Shown: positions 55,514 through 64,000, counted from the stretch's first letter. The stretch is 64,000 bases of DNA from a virus (IMGVR_UViG_3300045988_154841:1-64000); one strand, 5' to 3'. Numbers and translations are program-made. The notes: generated by a model not told the origin, from the sequence alone.

Positions 55514-56225
55514 AAAATTGATTATGTTTGCTGGGCCTTCGGGAATAGGTAAAACTACTTTGGCAAAAGGCGTAGAGGAATTATATTCAAGTCAATCCGT
55601 TGATATACCCTTTATATCTGGCTCAGTTTCTGATTTAGTAGAGTCTACTAGAGAAATGTCCCATAAAGATATGTTGAATAGAGACTCTATGACTCTGCAA
55701 ATGGAAGATTATCAGATATTAAATCTGAGAAAGAAGAAATTTAGCAATCAAATTGCCTCGGGTAAGAATTTTGTTTGTGACCGTAGTTTTTTAGATTCGG
55801 CTGCTTACTTTATATACAAACAGGCCGAAGTTATTGCAAAGTGCGAAGTAGAACACTTCCTTGCACTTAGTAAGTTATTAAGTGCAAACCATTGTACTCA
55901 CTTGATACTGTTGGATTTTACACCAAACATGATACAAGAATGGGTAACTGAAAACAATAATAAACGGATAACTAACAATTATTTTCAGATGGAGATAGCC
56001 CGTATTATGAATATGGTATTAGATCTTTGGGGTATAAGGTATACAGAAGATATATTTAGTTTAAAGGGTAAAAATATTTTCTCTGTACCAACCTCTCTAA
56101 AGTATGGAGCTAAAAGAGGTATTATAGACTCACCTTATGGGAAAGTAAATGTACTAGTTATACGTGAAAGTGTAAAAGAAATTAGAGAAAAACTAATAGA
56201 AAGGTTTATAGATGGAAAAATCTAG
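55497..56225 (+). CDS. P-loop deoxynucleoside / deoxynucleotide kinase
   Basis: It has the P-loop FAGPSGIGKTT and a dNK-like CDRSFLDSAAYF. The start is ambiguous (55467, 55497 or 55524). Confidence 0.65.
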   Translation: MNKENKKLIMFAGPSGIGKTTLAKGVEELYSSQSVDIPFISGSVSDLVESTREMSHKDMLNRDSMTLQMEDYQILNLRKKKFSNQIASGKNFVCDRSFLDSAAYFIYKQAEVIAKCEVEHFLALSKLLSANHCTHLILLDFTPNMIQEWVTENNNKRITNNYFQMEIARIMNMVLDLWGIRYTEDIFSLKGKNIFSVPTSLKYGAKRGIIDSPYGKVNVLVIRESVKEIREKLIERFIDGKI

Positions 56226-57228
56226 AGTTATAGCTATAGTGTTTTCGGACCTTCATTTAAATATGTGGGCTAAGTATAACGATAACAACGAGAGGACCTT
56301 GAAAGGTTTTAAGGTCCTCTCAATAGTTTCTGAAGTATGTACTAAATTAAGGGTACCAGCTTTGTTTTGTGGAGACCTATTCCATAAACCAGAAAACCTA
56401 GATTCTGACTTAGCCTTGATGATGAAGGATTGGTTACACGAAATATATTTAAAACGCCCTAGCTTTACAATGTATTGCATAAACGGCAATCATGACTTAA
56501 AGCATGCTAATAGGTTAAATCCTAAGGACCCAAAGGATTTTTCAAATCTTCATAGAGGTCTTATAGATTTATATGAAAGGTATACTGGAAATAATTCTAA
56601 TATAAAGGTACTCTCTCCTGAGAAACCTCCTATTTTTTTAGGGGATGATTGTTTAGTGTATGGAGTGCCTTATATAGACCATAATGTAGGTTTAACAGAA
56701 TATTTAAAGAGTTTGAAGTTAAGGGATAAGTATAAGAACGTATTGATGCTTCATACTGATTATCCTGGAGCAAAAGATACCGATAATCGTCCAGTAGATT
56801 CGGTAGAGAACCTAAACATAAACATACTGAAAAAGTTTGACCTAGTATTATGTGGCCATATTCATAAACCACAAAGGTTAAGTAAAAAGGTATATATGGT
56901 AGGTGCTCCTTGCCAACAAAGAAGAACTGATAAAAACTGTGAAATGGGGTATTGGGAATTGTATTCAGATTTGAGTATGAAATTTATACCCTTGAAAGGT
57001 TTTCCTAGATTTATTGATGTAGAAACTCCAGAGGAAATAAAGGATGATGGTAATTATTATACTGTATTACCTAAATCTAATAATGTAGAAGCTTTAGTAA
57101 AACATAGGATAACTAAACAACTATCTAAGAAGAAATTAGCCCATAAATACTTGAAAGCTAGTGGCATAAATGATAAAGATAAAGAATCACTTTTAGTAAA
57201 GGTACTTAAACAATCCGAAGATATATGA
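56212..57228 (+). CDS. Mre11/SbcD-like nuclease
   Basis: The phosphoesterase motifs SDLHLN, GDLFH, NGNHD, MLHTD and CGHIH are present. Confidence 0.9.
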   Translation: MEKSRVIAIVFSDLHLNMWAKYNDNNERTLKGFKVLSIVSEVCTKLRVPALFCGDLFHKPENLDSDLALMMKDWLHEIYLKRPSFTMYCINGNHDLKHANRLNPKDPKDFSNLHRGLIDLYERYTGNNSNIKVLSPEKPPIFLGDDCLVYGVPYIDHNVGLTEYLKSLKLRDKYKNVLMLHTDYPGAKDTDNRPVDSVENLNINILKKFDLVLCGHIHKPQRLSKKVYMVGAPCQQRRTDKNCEMGYWELYSDLSMKFIPLKGFPRFIDVETPEEIKDDGNYYTVLPKSNNVEALVKHRITKQLSKKKLAHKYLKASGINDKDKESLLVKVLKQSEDI

Positions 57229-58940
57229 TAACATTTTTAAGAATAAGAATAAAGGGCTTTTGTTCATATGAAGGTGATACAACCATAGAGCTCAATCAAA
57301 AACAACCCGTCTTAATAAAATCCCCAAATGGTTCGGGTAAAAGTACTATATTTGCAGCTTTAGTGTGGGCATTATATGGTAAAACTCCAAAAGAAGTTTC
57401 AGATGTAAATACTTGGAAAAATCTTAGGTCTAAAAACTATAAGGGTACTTTAGTAGAAGTGTTTTTTCAAAAAGGCTCAAAGGTATTCAAGGTAATACGT
57501 TGTCAAAATTATACTGACGTATTAGACGATGGTGTAAAGGGTAAAGACCGATTGGTAATATATGAAGATGCTGAGACTTTAAACATAAAAGGTAAAGTAT
57601 CTCTACAAAATTTCTTAGAACAGGAACTGGGCATGTCTTTTAGGGTTTTCATAAATTCTATTATGTTTGGTCAAGGATTGAGGAGATTGATAAATGAATC
57701 TAATTCTGATAAGAAGAAAATCTTTGAAGAAGTTTTTAACTTAGGATTTCTAAACATAGCTAAAAACTTAGTATCTAAGGAAAAATCAGATTTACAAGCT
57801 AAGTTTAAAGAGTCTAAGTTAGAATTAGACCATATCAATAGTGAATATGTTTCTACTAAGGAAGCTTTTAAGGACTTAAAAGAAAAAGAGAGTAGCTTTA
57901 AGGATAGTCTGATTAAAAAGAAAAGAAAGCTAAAACTAAAATGTACAGAACTAACCAAGAAGCTAATAGAAGCAAAAAAAGAATATTCTGAAGAAAAAGT
58001 ACAGCTAGTAGAAGTAAAATTACAAAGGTTAAGAAAACAATTAGAAGTTGTAAAAGTTAAACTAGCTGACGCTAGGATGATTTCTAATATGCCTCTATTA
58101 GAAGTAATAAATAAAGTTATCAAGCTTTTAGAGAAAGGCAAAGTATTAAAAGCCATAAAGGTAATGAAAGATATACGTAAGGCTTTTAGAGATATCGAAA
58201 AATTAACCAATGAGAAAGAAGAGATAGTAGAAAAGATATATTCATTAGAAGATAAAAGTAGGCTATTGAAAAAATCCCTGAGATATTGTGATGAGTTATC
58301 CAGGGATATAGTTTGTGTAGATAATGAGATAAAGGATCTTAAACATGAGAAGTTAAAGATAATATCCCCAAAATATAAAAAGAAATACTTAAAGTTAAAA
58401 CAAGAGGCTAGAGAATTAGAAGCAGTATTATCTAGTAAAAAAGCATACCTAGATAATTTAGATTGGTTATTAACAGACCCTTTATCTAATAAGGGTATAA
58501 AGGCCTTCCTATTTGATTCTAGTCTGGAGGCTCTAAATAAAACATTAGAAGGTTATTCAGAGATACTTGGTTTTAGAATATCCTTTGAGGTAGACTTAGA
58601 ATCGACTAAAAAAGATTTTGTAACCCTTATTGAAAGAGATGGGCAAATAATAGATTACCGAGAACTATCCGGAGGAGAAAAACAATTATGTGATGTGGCT
58701 ATGGCATTCGCAATGAATGAATCTCTAACTTCATCAAAGGGTTTAAATATAACTTTCCTAGATGAAGTATTTGAGAGCTTAGACTCAGAGAATATAGATT
58801 TAGTATTATCCTTGATAAACTCTATATATGAGGATAAATCTCTGTTTTTAATCACTCATCAGGAATCCTTGCCTCTGTCAAATGTAAAGACTTTACAAGT
58901 GATTAAAGATAAGGGTATAAGTTCTGTTAAAGTACTATAA
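57225..58940 (+). CDS. Rad50/SbcC-like ATPase
   Basis: It has Walker A SPNGSGKST, a central coiled coil, the signature LSGGEKQ and Walker B FLDEVF. Confidence 0.9.
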   Translation: MITFLRIRIKGFCSYEGDTTIELNQKQPVLIKSPNGSGKSTIFAALVWALYGKTPKEVSDVNTWKNLRSKNYKGTLVEVFFQKGSKVFKVIRCQNYTDVLDDGVKGKDRLVIYEDAETLNIKGKVSLQNFLEQELGMSFRVFINSIMFGQGLRRLINESNSDKKKIFEEVFNLGFLNIAKNLVSKEKSDLQAKFKESKLELDHINSEYVSTKEAFKDLKEKESSFKDSLIKKKRKLKLKCTELTKKLIEAKKEYSEEKVQLVEVKLQRLRKQLEVVKVKLADARMISNMPLLEVINKVIKLLEKGKVLKAIKVMKDIRKAFRDIEKLTNEKEEIVEKIYSLEDKSRLLKKSLRYCDELSRDIVCVDNEIKDLKHEKLKIISPKYKKKYLKLKQEARELEAVLSSKKAYLDNLDWLLTDPLSNKGIKAFLFDSSLEALNKTLEGYSEILGFRISFEVDLESTKKDFVTLIERDGQIIDYRELSGGEKQLCDVAMAFAMNESLTSSKGLNITFLDEVFESLDSENIDLVLSLINSIYEDKSLFLITHQESLPLSNVKTLQVIKDKGISSVKVL

Positions 58941-58962
58941 GATAAAAACAAGACAATATATT

Positions 58963-59490
58963 ATGAACTCTAAGAGAAAGGGAAATAGATTTGAAAGGGT
59001 AGTATCTCAATGGTTATCCGAATGGACCGGTTTCAAGTTTGAAAGGAACCGGTTAGGTAGTGGAGCATGGCATTCAAATAAGGATGCAGGGGCTGATATC
59101 ACTTGTACTGACCAGAAACATGCCCATCGTTGTAAATTATCTGTAGAGTGTAAATCTTACAAGGATATAAAATTTGAACATATACTACTTGGTACAAAGG
59201 GCAGTGAAATAGAAAAGTTTTGGAAACAGGCTAAAATAGATGCTGACAGAACTTCAAAGGTACCCATATTAATCATGAGGTATAACTCTATGCCGAAAGA
59301 TGAATTCTTCTTGGTAGTAGACTCAGAATTAGCTGAAGCGTTTCTAACAGACCACATGTATGATAATAGGTATATGGCTATAAACACTGAAGACCTATGC
59401 CTGTACATATTTATGGCAAGTGCCATAAAGAAATCGGTTAATTATATAGAGGTACATAAATTAGCTAAAAGCCTACTAAAAGATAAATAA
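58963..59490 (+). CDS. PD-(D/E)xK nuclease, Holliday junction resolvase-like
   Basis: The N-terminus is KRKGNRFERVVSQWL, with GADITC and VECKSYK (D...E-x-K). It lies next to the recombination genes. Confidence 0.55.
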   Translation: MNSKRKGNRFERVVSQWLSEWTGFKFERNRLGSGAWHSNKDAGADITCTDQKHAHRCKLSVECKSYKDIKFEHILLGTKGSEIEKFWKQAKIDADRTSKVPILIMRYNSMPKDEFFLVVDSELAEAFLTDHMYDNRYMAINTEDLCLYIFMASAIKKSVNYIEVHKLAKSLLKDK

Positions 59491-59491
59491 C

Positions 59492-60211
59492 ATGAAAACT
59501 AAGAGAAAGAAATACACTTATTGCATATTCTACTTAGAAAAGAAGAGATGGAAAGACATCTCTTCTCAACTTGTAGACGAGGGATATGTAAAATTGAAGG
59601 CTATCATACCCACTGTGAATATATTAAAGAAAACTATAAAGGGTAAGATGATATTTACCGAAGAGCCAATATTATTCAATTTCGGATTTATTAAGATGCC
59701 CACTGAGTGTGCTTTCTCTAGACCTTTTCTTAACAAGCTAAAGCGAAAGATACCAGGAATACACTCATGGTTAAAAGATACCAATGTATTACATCCTAGA
59801 AAGAAAAAAGCTAGGATAGACAATATGGAAGATTTCGATGATTTTTCATTGGTAGCTACTTGCCCTAGAAAAGAAGTCAAACGATTTTTAAAACTAGCCA
59901 AAGAAAATAAGAAGTACTCTCTAGACGACCTAGTAAACATAAAGCCCGGAGACTTTGTTCAATTAAAGGGTTATCCTTATGAGGGTCAAGGTGCTACAGT
60001 GAAAGACGTAAATTATAAGGAGAGGACTATAAAAGTAGAATTAGTAGTTTTACAAGGTATTATGAAACTTACACTACCCTTTGATAATGTACTGTACAGT
60101 GTATATATGAATTATGACCCAGATGTATTACATGCTAGTTTTTTGGACCAAGACCCAAACACCATAACTCAAGAAGCTATAGATAAGATTATTTACCGTA
60201 AAACTTACTAA
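59492..60211 (+). CDS. NusG/RfaH/UpxY-like transcription elongation factor
   Basis: It has an NGN-like YCIFYLEKKRWKDISSQL...IIPTVNIL...EEPILFNFGFIKMP and a KOW-like GDFVQLKGYPYEGQGATVKDVNYKERTIKVELVVLQG. Confidence 0.6.
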   Translation: MKTKRKKYTYCIFYLEKKRWKDISSQLVDEGYVKLKAIIPTVNILKKTIKGKMIFTEEPILFNFGFIKMPTECAFSRPFLNKLKRKIPGIHSWLKDTNVLHPRKKKARIDNMEDFDDFSLVATCPRKEVKRFLKLAKENKKYSLDDLVNIKPGDFVQLKGYPYEGQGATVKDVNYKERTIKVELVVLQGIMKLTLPFDNVLYSVYMNYDPDVLHASFLDQDPNTITQEAIDKIIYRKTY

Positions 60212-60212
60212 T

Positions 60213-61214
60213 ATGGACCACATTCAACAACAAGCTTGGAATTGGTTATTACCCAATGAACAAAACTCTTTGTATTTAACCCTAGGTACAGGCAAGTCTT
60301 CCTGGGAAGTAGGGGAAATGATGAAAATATCCCACTATAAATACTTAGAGATAAAAGAGAGATCCGAAGAATTATTTAAGATGTTCACTAATTTCTTGAA
60401 TAAATACCCATCTCTATTCAGGCCAGATGGACCCTGCCAAGAAGATTTTAAAGATTATATGGAAGCTGTTATCTGTCACCGTAAGACTAGAAAAGAGGCA
60501 GCTAAATATACTGGAATATCTTCTAACTTACTTAATGAGATAAACACTAAAAAGATAGAGTTGAATATCAATAGGCTAAAAGGCTCAGATAATCCTTGGG
60601 ATATAGCAACTTTAGAACTAATACAAGAATTTGACAGGTGGAATAACTTCAGAATTCTACCATTGCTACTACAAAGACCATCAGCTTACAAGAGGAGACT
60701 AAATAAAAAGCATAAGATATATATAAAATATTTACTAGACTCTAGAAAGATGCCCGAATGGCTCTTAATTAAACTAAAAGAACGGTTTTATTTTAAAACC
60801 CGTAAGAAAGAGAACAAATACTATGTAGCTTTAATAAATAAGGATTTGTATGAAGAAGGTTATATGGTATTACCTATCAAAAAAGAAGAGGCTATTGTTA
60901 AGGAAATAAGTAATTTTTACTTATATGTTTTTAAGAATAAAGCTGAAGCCGATGCTTTTGGATTTAAGGTAGCTAACTATAATATACAAACTTCTAGAGT
61001 TAGACTAGGATTAAAGTTTTGGCCTGAGTACAGGGCTATTGTAGAAAAAGCTATAAACTACAATTTGATAAATAATCTAGACTTTAATATTAAGATACTC
61101 GACAAGGCTTATGTAGAGATAAAAGATAAGGCCAAAGCCAAAAAGGCTAGTAAAACATCTCCAAACTCTAATATCTCTAGAGCTAAAGCCTCAGATTTTT
61201 ATAAAAAGAAATAG
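60213..61214 (+). CDS. Hypothetical protein with an N-terminal sigma region-4/LuxR-like HTH
   Basis: LYLTLGTGKSSWEVGEMMKISHYKYLEIKERSEELF resembles a region 4.2 helix-turn-helix. Confidence 0.35.
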   Translation: MDHIQQQAWNWLLPNEQNSLYLTLGTGKSSWEVGEMMKISHYKYLEIKERSEELFKMFTNFLNKYPSLFRPDGPCQEDFKDYMEAVICHRKTRKEAAKYTGISSNLLNEINTKKIELNINRLKGSDNPWDIATLELIQEFDRWNNFRILPLLLQRPSAYKRRLNKKHKIYIKYLLDSRKMPEWLLIKLKERFYFKTRKKENKYYVALINKDLYEEGYMVLPIKKEEAIVKEISNFYLYVFKNKAEADAFGFKVANYNIQTSRVRLGLKFWPEYRAIVEKAINYNLINNLDFNIKILDKAYVEIKDKAKAKKASKTSPNSNISRAKASDFYKKK

Positions 61215-61221
61215 AGTTTTA

Positions 61222-61273
61222 TTGCATATATAATATATTATATGTAATTTTGCATTATAACAATTTAAATAAT
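61222..61273 (+). promoter_or_regulatory. Conserved early-promoter block, copy 3
   Basis: It reads TTGCATATAT-13 nt-TAATTTTGCATTATAACAATTTAAATAA, with the -7 box at 61245-61252 and the ATG 29 nt downstream. Confidence 0.7.
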
Positions 61274-61281
61274 AAAATAAG

Positions 61282-61839
61282 ATGGCTAAAAGAAAAAACC
61301 AAGAGGTGAAAACAGGAGGATTAAAGGATCCTTGCCACCATGATACTTATAAGGATTTACAGAGGAAAGCAATTATGTATGGTATGCCTTTCCCAGATGT
61401 TCCTGCTTCAGGAGTATTTGACCTAATAAGGTTTATCAACCGGTCGGATAATCCTGAACCAAACCCCGAACTAATAAAGGAATATGATAAATGGGTATTG
61501 AAACAATTAGACCTATCAGGAGTACCAGAAAATGATCCTTTGAGAAATTCAAGATTAAGGTTAAGTTTCATAGAGGATAAGGATGAAAACGGTAACGTTG
61601 TAAAAAAGAGAAACATATCACTAAGAAAAGAAGATAAAAAACCTCCAAAGGAAAGAGACGAATTCAACTTGGTAAAGGGGACTAAAAAATCATACACTTG
61701 GGAATTAACCAAGAAAGGCTATGATGTAGAACGCATCATACGCAGGGTACTCAAGAAATTTCCTGATGCTAATGAGAAATCAATTAGGCTCTGGAATAGA
61801 GCTTGTTTAAGAGATATAAAGAAAAATGGTAAAGGTTAA
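61282..61839 (+). CDS. Hypothetical basic protein
   Basis: This 185-aa ORF is the first gene after promoter copy 3. Confidence 0.6.
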   Translation: MAKRKNQEVKTGGLKDPCHHDTYKDLQRKAIMYGMPFPDVPASGVFDLIRFINRSDNPEPNPELIKEYDKWVLKQLDLSGVPENDPLRNSRLRLSFIEDKDENGNVVKKRNISLRKEDKKPPKERDEFNLVKGTKKSYTWELTKKGYDVERIIRRVLKKFPDANEKSIRLWNRACLRDIKKNGKG

Positions 61840-62656
61840 AAGAGATCAGCATTTTGTTTGGCCAGACCGATATTATGTATGGACCTATTTTCCTAAAAAA
61901 TATCGTAAGTCAGTCAATAAAGTGAATAAAAACACTTTATATGCTAAGCATTATACTTGCGTACCTTACATGACTAGACAACACGCTAAGCATGTAATAA
62001 CCTATTATTATGGAGTACGAGCCTTACACTATATACACATCATACATGGTAGTAGACTTATAAAGAAAGGTATTACTACCTTTAATAAAGCAAATGGCCA
62101 AAAGGATTTTCAAAAATACTGCTTTCTTAAAGATAGCAAGGGAGAATGGTTTCATGCTTATTTAAAACAGTGGGCTTACCCTCCAGAATACCTATACGAC
62201 TCTCATCGGAGAAGAAGATATATAGTAAAACTAAACCAAAAACTTGGCAATGGCAAAAAATTAGGCCGAAAGAGATTTAACCGAATGTATGCCAAACTAA
62301 ACTTAGGCAACAAATATAGAAGGATAAGCTCTATACATTTCAGGCATAGTTATATAATCACTCGTAGAAAAGTTAATACCGAAGTGTACCTAGAAGATTT
62401 AAAATCTAGGATAGAAGATAACCTTTCTAGATACCCTATAACTCTATTTAAATGTATTTTCAAAGGCTTGAAGGATAGGATATCAGAAGATACTTTAATT
62501 ATTAATTCTAGCGAAGAGTTAGATACTCTACTAGAAGATGTAAAACAATTCAATCATGATCCTTTCAATATAGGAAAAGAAATTCATATAATTATAAAAG
62601 AAGTTTCATTTAAAAGTAAAAAACAATGGCAAAGAAAAAAAAGACTCAGGAAGTAA
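61826..62656 (+). CDS. Hypothetical highly basic Tyr/Arg/Lys-rich protein
   Basis: This is a 276-aa ORF. I recognised no motif. Confidence 0.55.
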   Translation: MVKVKRDQHFVWPDRYYVWTYFPKKYRKSVNKVNKNTLYAKHYTCVPYMTRQHAKHVITYYYGVRALHYIHIIHGSRLIKKGITTFNKANGQKDFQKYCFLKDSKGEWFHAYLKQWAYPPEYLYDSHRRRRYIVKLNQKLGNGKKLGRKRFNRMYAKLNLGNKYRRISSIHFRHSYIITRRKVNTEVYLEDLKSRIEDNLSRYPITLFKCIFKGLKDRISEDTLIINSSEELDTLLEDVKQFNHDPFNIGKEIHIIIKEVSFKSKKQWQRKKRLRK

Positions 62657-63198
62657 AAGAGGTTAGTCGTTTTGAATTGGGAAACGGTACAGTCCTTGTA
62701 AAATATGAGGATGGTAGTTATGAAATCATTTCAAAGGCCTCTATTTCTCCAGAACAGGTAGAAGAGATTTTCGGTTCTGAAGACGAAGAAGACGAAGACG
62801 ACGACGAAGAAGACGAAGAAGAGGAAGAAGACGACGAAGAAGACGACGAAGAAGAGGAAGAAGAAGACGAAGAAGAAGACGAAGAAGAAGAGGAAGAGGA
62901 AGAAGACGACGAAGAAGAGGAAGAAGACGAAGAAGAAGAGGAAGAGGAAGAAGACGACGAAGAAGAGGAAGAGGAAGAAGACGACGAAGAAGAGGAAGAA
63001 GAAGAGGAAGAAGAAATAACTGCTGAAACTCTATCTGCAATGGACTTCGAAGAATTGGAGGATGTTTGCGACGAAAAAGAGTTGAATACCGACCCCGATG
63101 ATTTTGATGAAGACGATGTTGAAAAACTAAGGGCTTCAGTAGCAAAGGAACTTGGTATTAAGTTGCCCTCTAAAAAGGGTAAAGGTAAAAAGAAGTAA
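62626..63198 (+). CDS. Poly-acidic protein (about 79 consecutive Asp/Glu)
   Basis: This 190-aa ORF has a short structured N-terminus, an uninterrupted D/E tract, an acidic C-terminal region and a basic KKGKGKKK end. Confidence 0.65.
   Translation: MAKKKKTQEVKEVSRFELGNGTVLVKYEDGSYEIISKASISPEQVEEIFGSEDEEDEDDDEEDEEEEEDDEEDDEEEEEEDEEEDEEEEEEEEDDEEEEEDEEEEEEEEDDEEEEEEEDDEEEEEEEEEEITAETLSAMDFEELEDVCDEKELNTDPDDFDEDDVEKLRASVAKELGIKLPSKKGKGKKK
62779..63015 (+). repeat. GAA/GAC/GAG trinucleotide low-complexity tract
   Basis: The 237 nt are composed only of GAA, GAG and GAC codons, with internal repeats of about 30 nt such as GAAGAGGAAGAGGAAGAAGACGACGAAGAA. Confidence 0.9.
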
Positions 63199-63216
63199 TA
63201 GGTATAACAATTGAGT

Positions 63217-63248
63217 AAAGGGCAAATTCATAGAATTAAATGCCCTTT
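63217..63248 (+). terminator. Hairpin terminator
   Basis: AAAGGGCA (63217-63224) pairs with TGCCCTTT (63241-63248) around a 16-nt loop, followed by ACTTTTC. Confidence 0.6.
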
Positions 63249-63311
63249 ACTTTTCAAGTACTTCTATAAAGTATCAAACAAGTTTAGTAAACAATATAAA
63301 AATCAATTCAC

Positions 63312-63722
63312 ATGGCAACTAAAAAAGAAAAGAAGGTAACTGCCGAAAAGGTAGAAAAGAAAGTAATGACTGCTGAAGAGAAGGCTGCAAAACGTAAAGC
63401 AAGAGCAGAAGCTCTAAAGAATCGCCCCGAAGGACAAAGACCTAACGGTAAGCAAATGGACGTAATCCATATTAGTGAGAAATCAGAAGTTCGTAAATAT
63501 GCTTCAGTAGTAAAGGTAAATGGTAAATCTTTGGGATGCCTGGTAACTACCGTAGGTTTGGTAAATGGAGAAGTTGTTTCAGTAGCTGAAGAATTTGTTC
63601 CTGGAGAATTGACCGTTAAGTCAAAGAAAGGTCACGGAACTATCACTGGCCAAAAACATAAGAAGGATAAGAATTCTAAAGAAGACTCAGAAGAGGAAGA
63701 AGAAGATGGTGATGAAGATTAA
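63312..63722 (+). CDS. Hypothetical protein with a basic N-terminus and acidic tail
   Basis: This 136-aa ORF ends in SEEEEEDGDED. Confidence 0.6.
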   Translation: MATKKEKKVTAEKVEKKVMTAEEKAAKRKARAEALKNRPEGQRPNGKQMDVIHISEKSEVRKYASVVKVNGKSLGCLVTTVGLVNGEVVSVAEEFVPGELTVKSKKGHGTITGQKHKKDKNSKEDSEEEEEDGDED

Positions 63723-63759
63723 GTAGTACATAATTTTTTCATACATATATCTATCCTTA

Positions 63760-63790
63760 GCCGACTGCCCAAAAGGGTAGCCGGCTTTTT
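63760..63790 (+). terminator. Intrinsic terminator
   Basis: GCCGACTGCCC pairs with GGGTAGCCGGC (one mismatch, one G-U) around an AAAA loop, followed by TTTTT. Confidence 0.75.
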
Positions 63791-63809
63791 ATTTATATAA
63801 GGCAACACT

Positions 63810-64000
63810 ATGAGAGAAGATATCAAGAATAATATTATTATCTTAGCCTTAGATAATCTTATAAAAGATTATTCTATTGCACTAGAAGATAAGGAAGCTG
63901 CCCTTAATAAAGAAGATAAGGAAGCTGCCCAATTTATAATTGATTCAGCTGCTTTAATCTTAGGTGAATATGCCGATTCAGTTAAAAATCAAAAACCAAA
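63810..64000 (+). CDS. Partial CDS (5' end only), hypothetical
   Basis: It starts at the ATG at 63810 and stays open to the window edge. It contains a 20-nt direct repeat AGAAGATAAGGAAGCTGCCC at 63884 and 63911, encoding EDKEAA twice. Confidence 0.5.
   Translation, partial: MREDIKNNIIILALDNLIKDYSIALEDKEAALNKEDKEAAQFIIDSAALILGEYADSVKNQKP

Noticed and set aside
57671-58210. 179-aa minus-strand ORF inside the Rad50-like gene
   Set aside because: It is antisense to the Lys/Glu-rich coiled-coil region, which gives a Phe/Leu/Ser-rich artefact. The plus-strand gene has clear Walker and signature motifs.
62779-63015. Acidic trinucleotide tract as a noncoding satellite
   Set aside because: The tract keeps a single open frame for 79 codons, embedded in a 190-aa ORF with non-repetitive ends, so coding low-complexity sequence is the simpler reading.
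62741-63145. 134-aa minus-strand ORF rich in Leu, Pro and Arg
   Set aside because: It is the mirror image of the GAA/GAG/GAC acidic tract (CTT/CTC/GTC read in another frame). It is low-complexity with no independent signals.
1-64000. Alternative genetic code / stop-codon reassignment, as seen in some Bacteroidota-associated phages
   Set aside because: All large conserved genes (polymerase, terminase, TMP, Rad50-like, sheath) are uninterrupted under the standard code, and TAA, TAG and TGA are all used as terminators at sensible gene ends.

Overview
This window looks like most of the genome of a virulent, contractile-tailed dsDNA phage. It is AT-rich with very tight gene packing and many ATGA/TGATG start-stop overlaps. 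All calls come from reading the supplied translations and the DNA by eye; no database search or computation was run.

Layout:
- 1312-4925 (minus strand): an early-type operon of small membrane proteins, a zinc-ribbon protein and an ATP-dependent DNA ligase.
- 5141-6784: a GH19-type endolysin and a C5-cytosine methyltransferase-like gene.
- 6999-39253: one long rightward morphogenesis block. It encodes large terminase, portal, protease/scaffold, decoration-like protein, major capsid and neck proteins. It continues with a collagen-like fibre, an LRR protein, sheath, tube, a chaperone with a -1 frameshift, and tape measure. It ends with the LysM protein, hub, spike, gp25-like, J-like and I-like baseplate proteins, and a tail-collar fibre.
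- 39329-39991 (minus strand): a lone sigma-like regulator.
- 40170-59490: a replication, nucleotide and recombination block. It encodes DnaB-like helicase, primase, SF2 helicase, dUTPase, an all-alpha NTP pyrophosphatase and two thymidylate-synthase-fold proteins. It also encodes family A DNA polymerase, a GroES-like protein, RecA-like recombinase, FEN, a dNMP/dN kinase, Mre11/Rad50-like proteins and a resolvase-like nuclease.
- 59492-61214: a NusG/UpxY-like protein and an HTH protein.
- 61282 to the window end: a further promoter-driven unit that includes a protein with about 79 consecutive Asp/Glu residues.

The host is probably a member of the Bacteroidota. The evidence is TAnnTTTG -7 promoter boxes with a TTTG/TTG element about 20 nt upstream, no Shine-Dalgarno sequences, and BACON-like, BspA-type LRR and UpxY-like NusG domains. 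I found no integrase, tRNA, rRNA, CRISPR array or transposase.

The items most worth following up are:
- a candidate cytosine-modification pathway built around a TS-fold enzyme with the Asn-to-Asp specificity switch;
- a GC-rich, repeat-dense noncoding island at 1100-1311;
- a promoter block of about 50 nt conserved in three copies;
- a compositionally foreign cassette (about 16.5-19.6 kb) inside the structural operon;
- a phage-encoded transcription module (sigma-like, NusG-like and HTH proteins);
- the poly-acidic protein.
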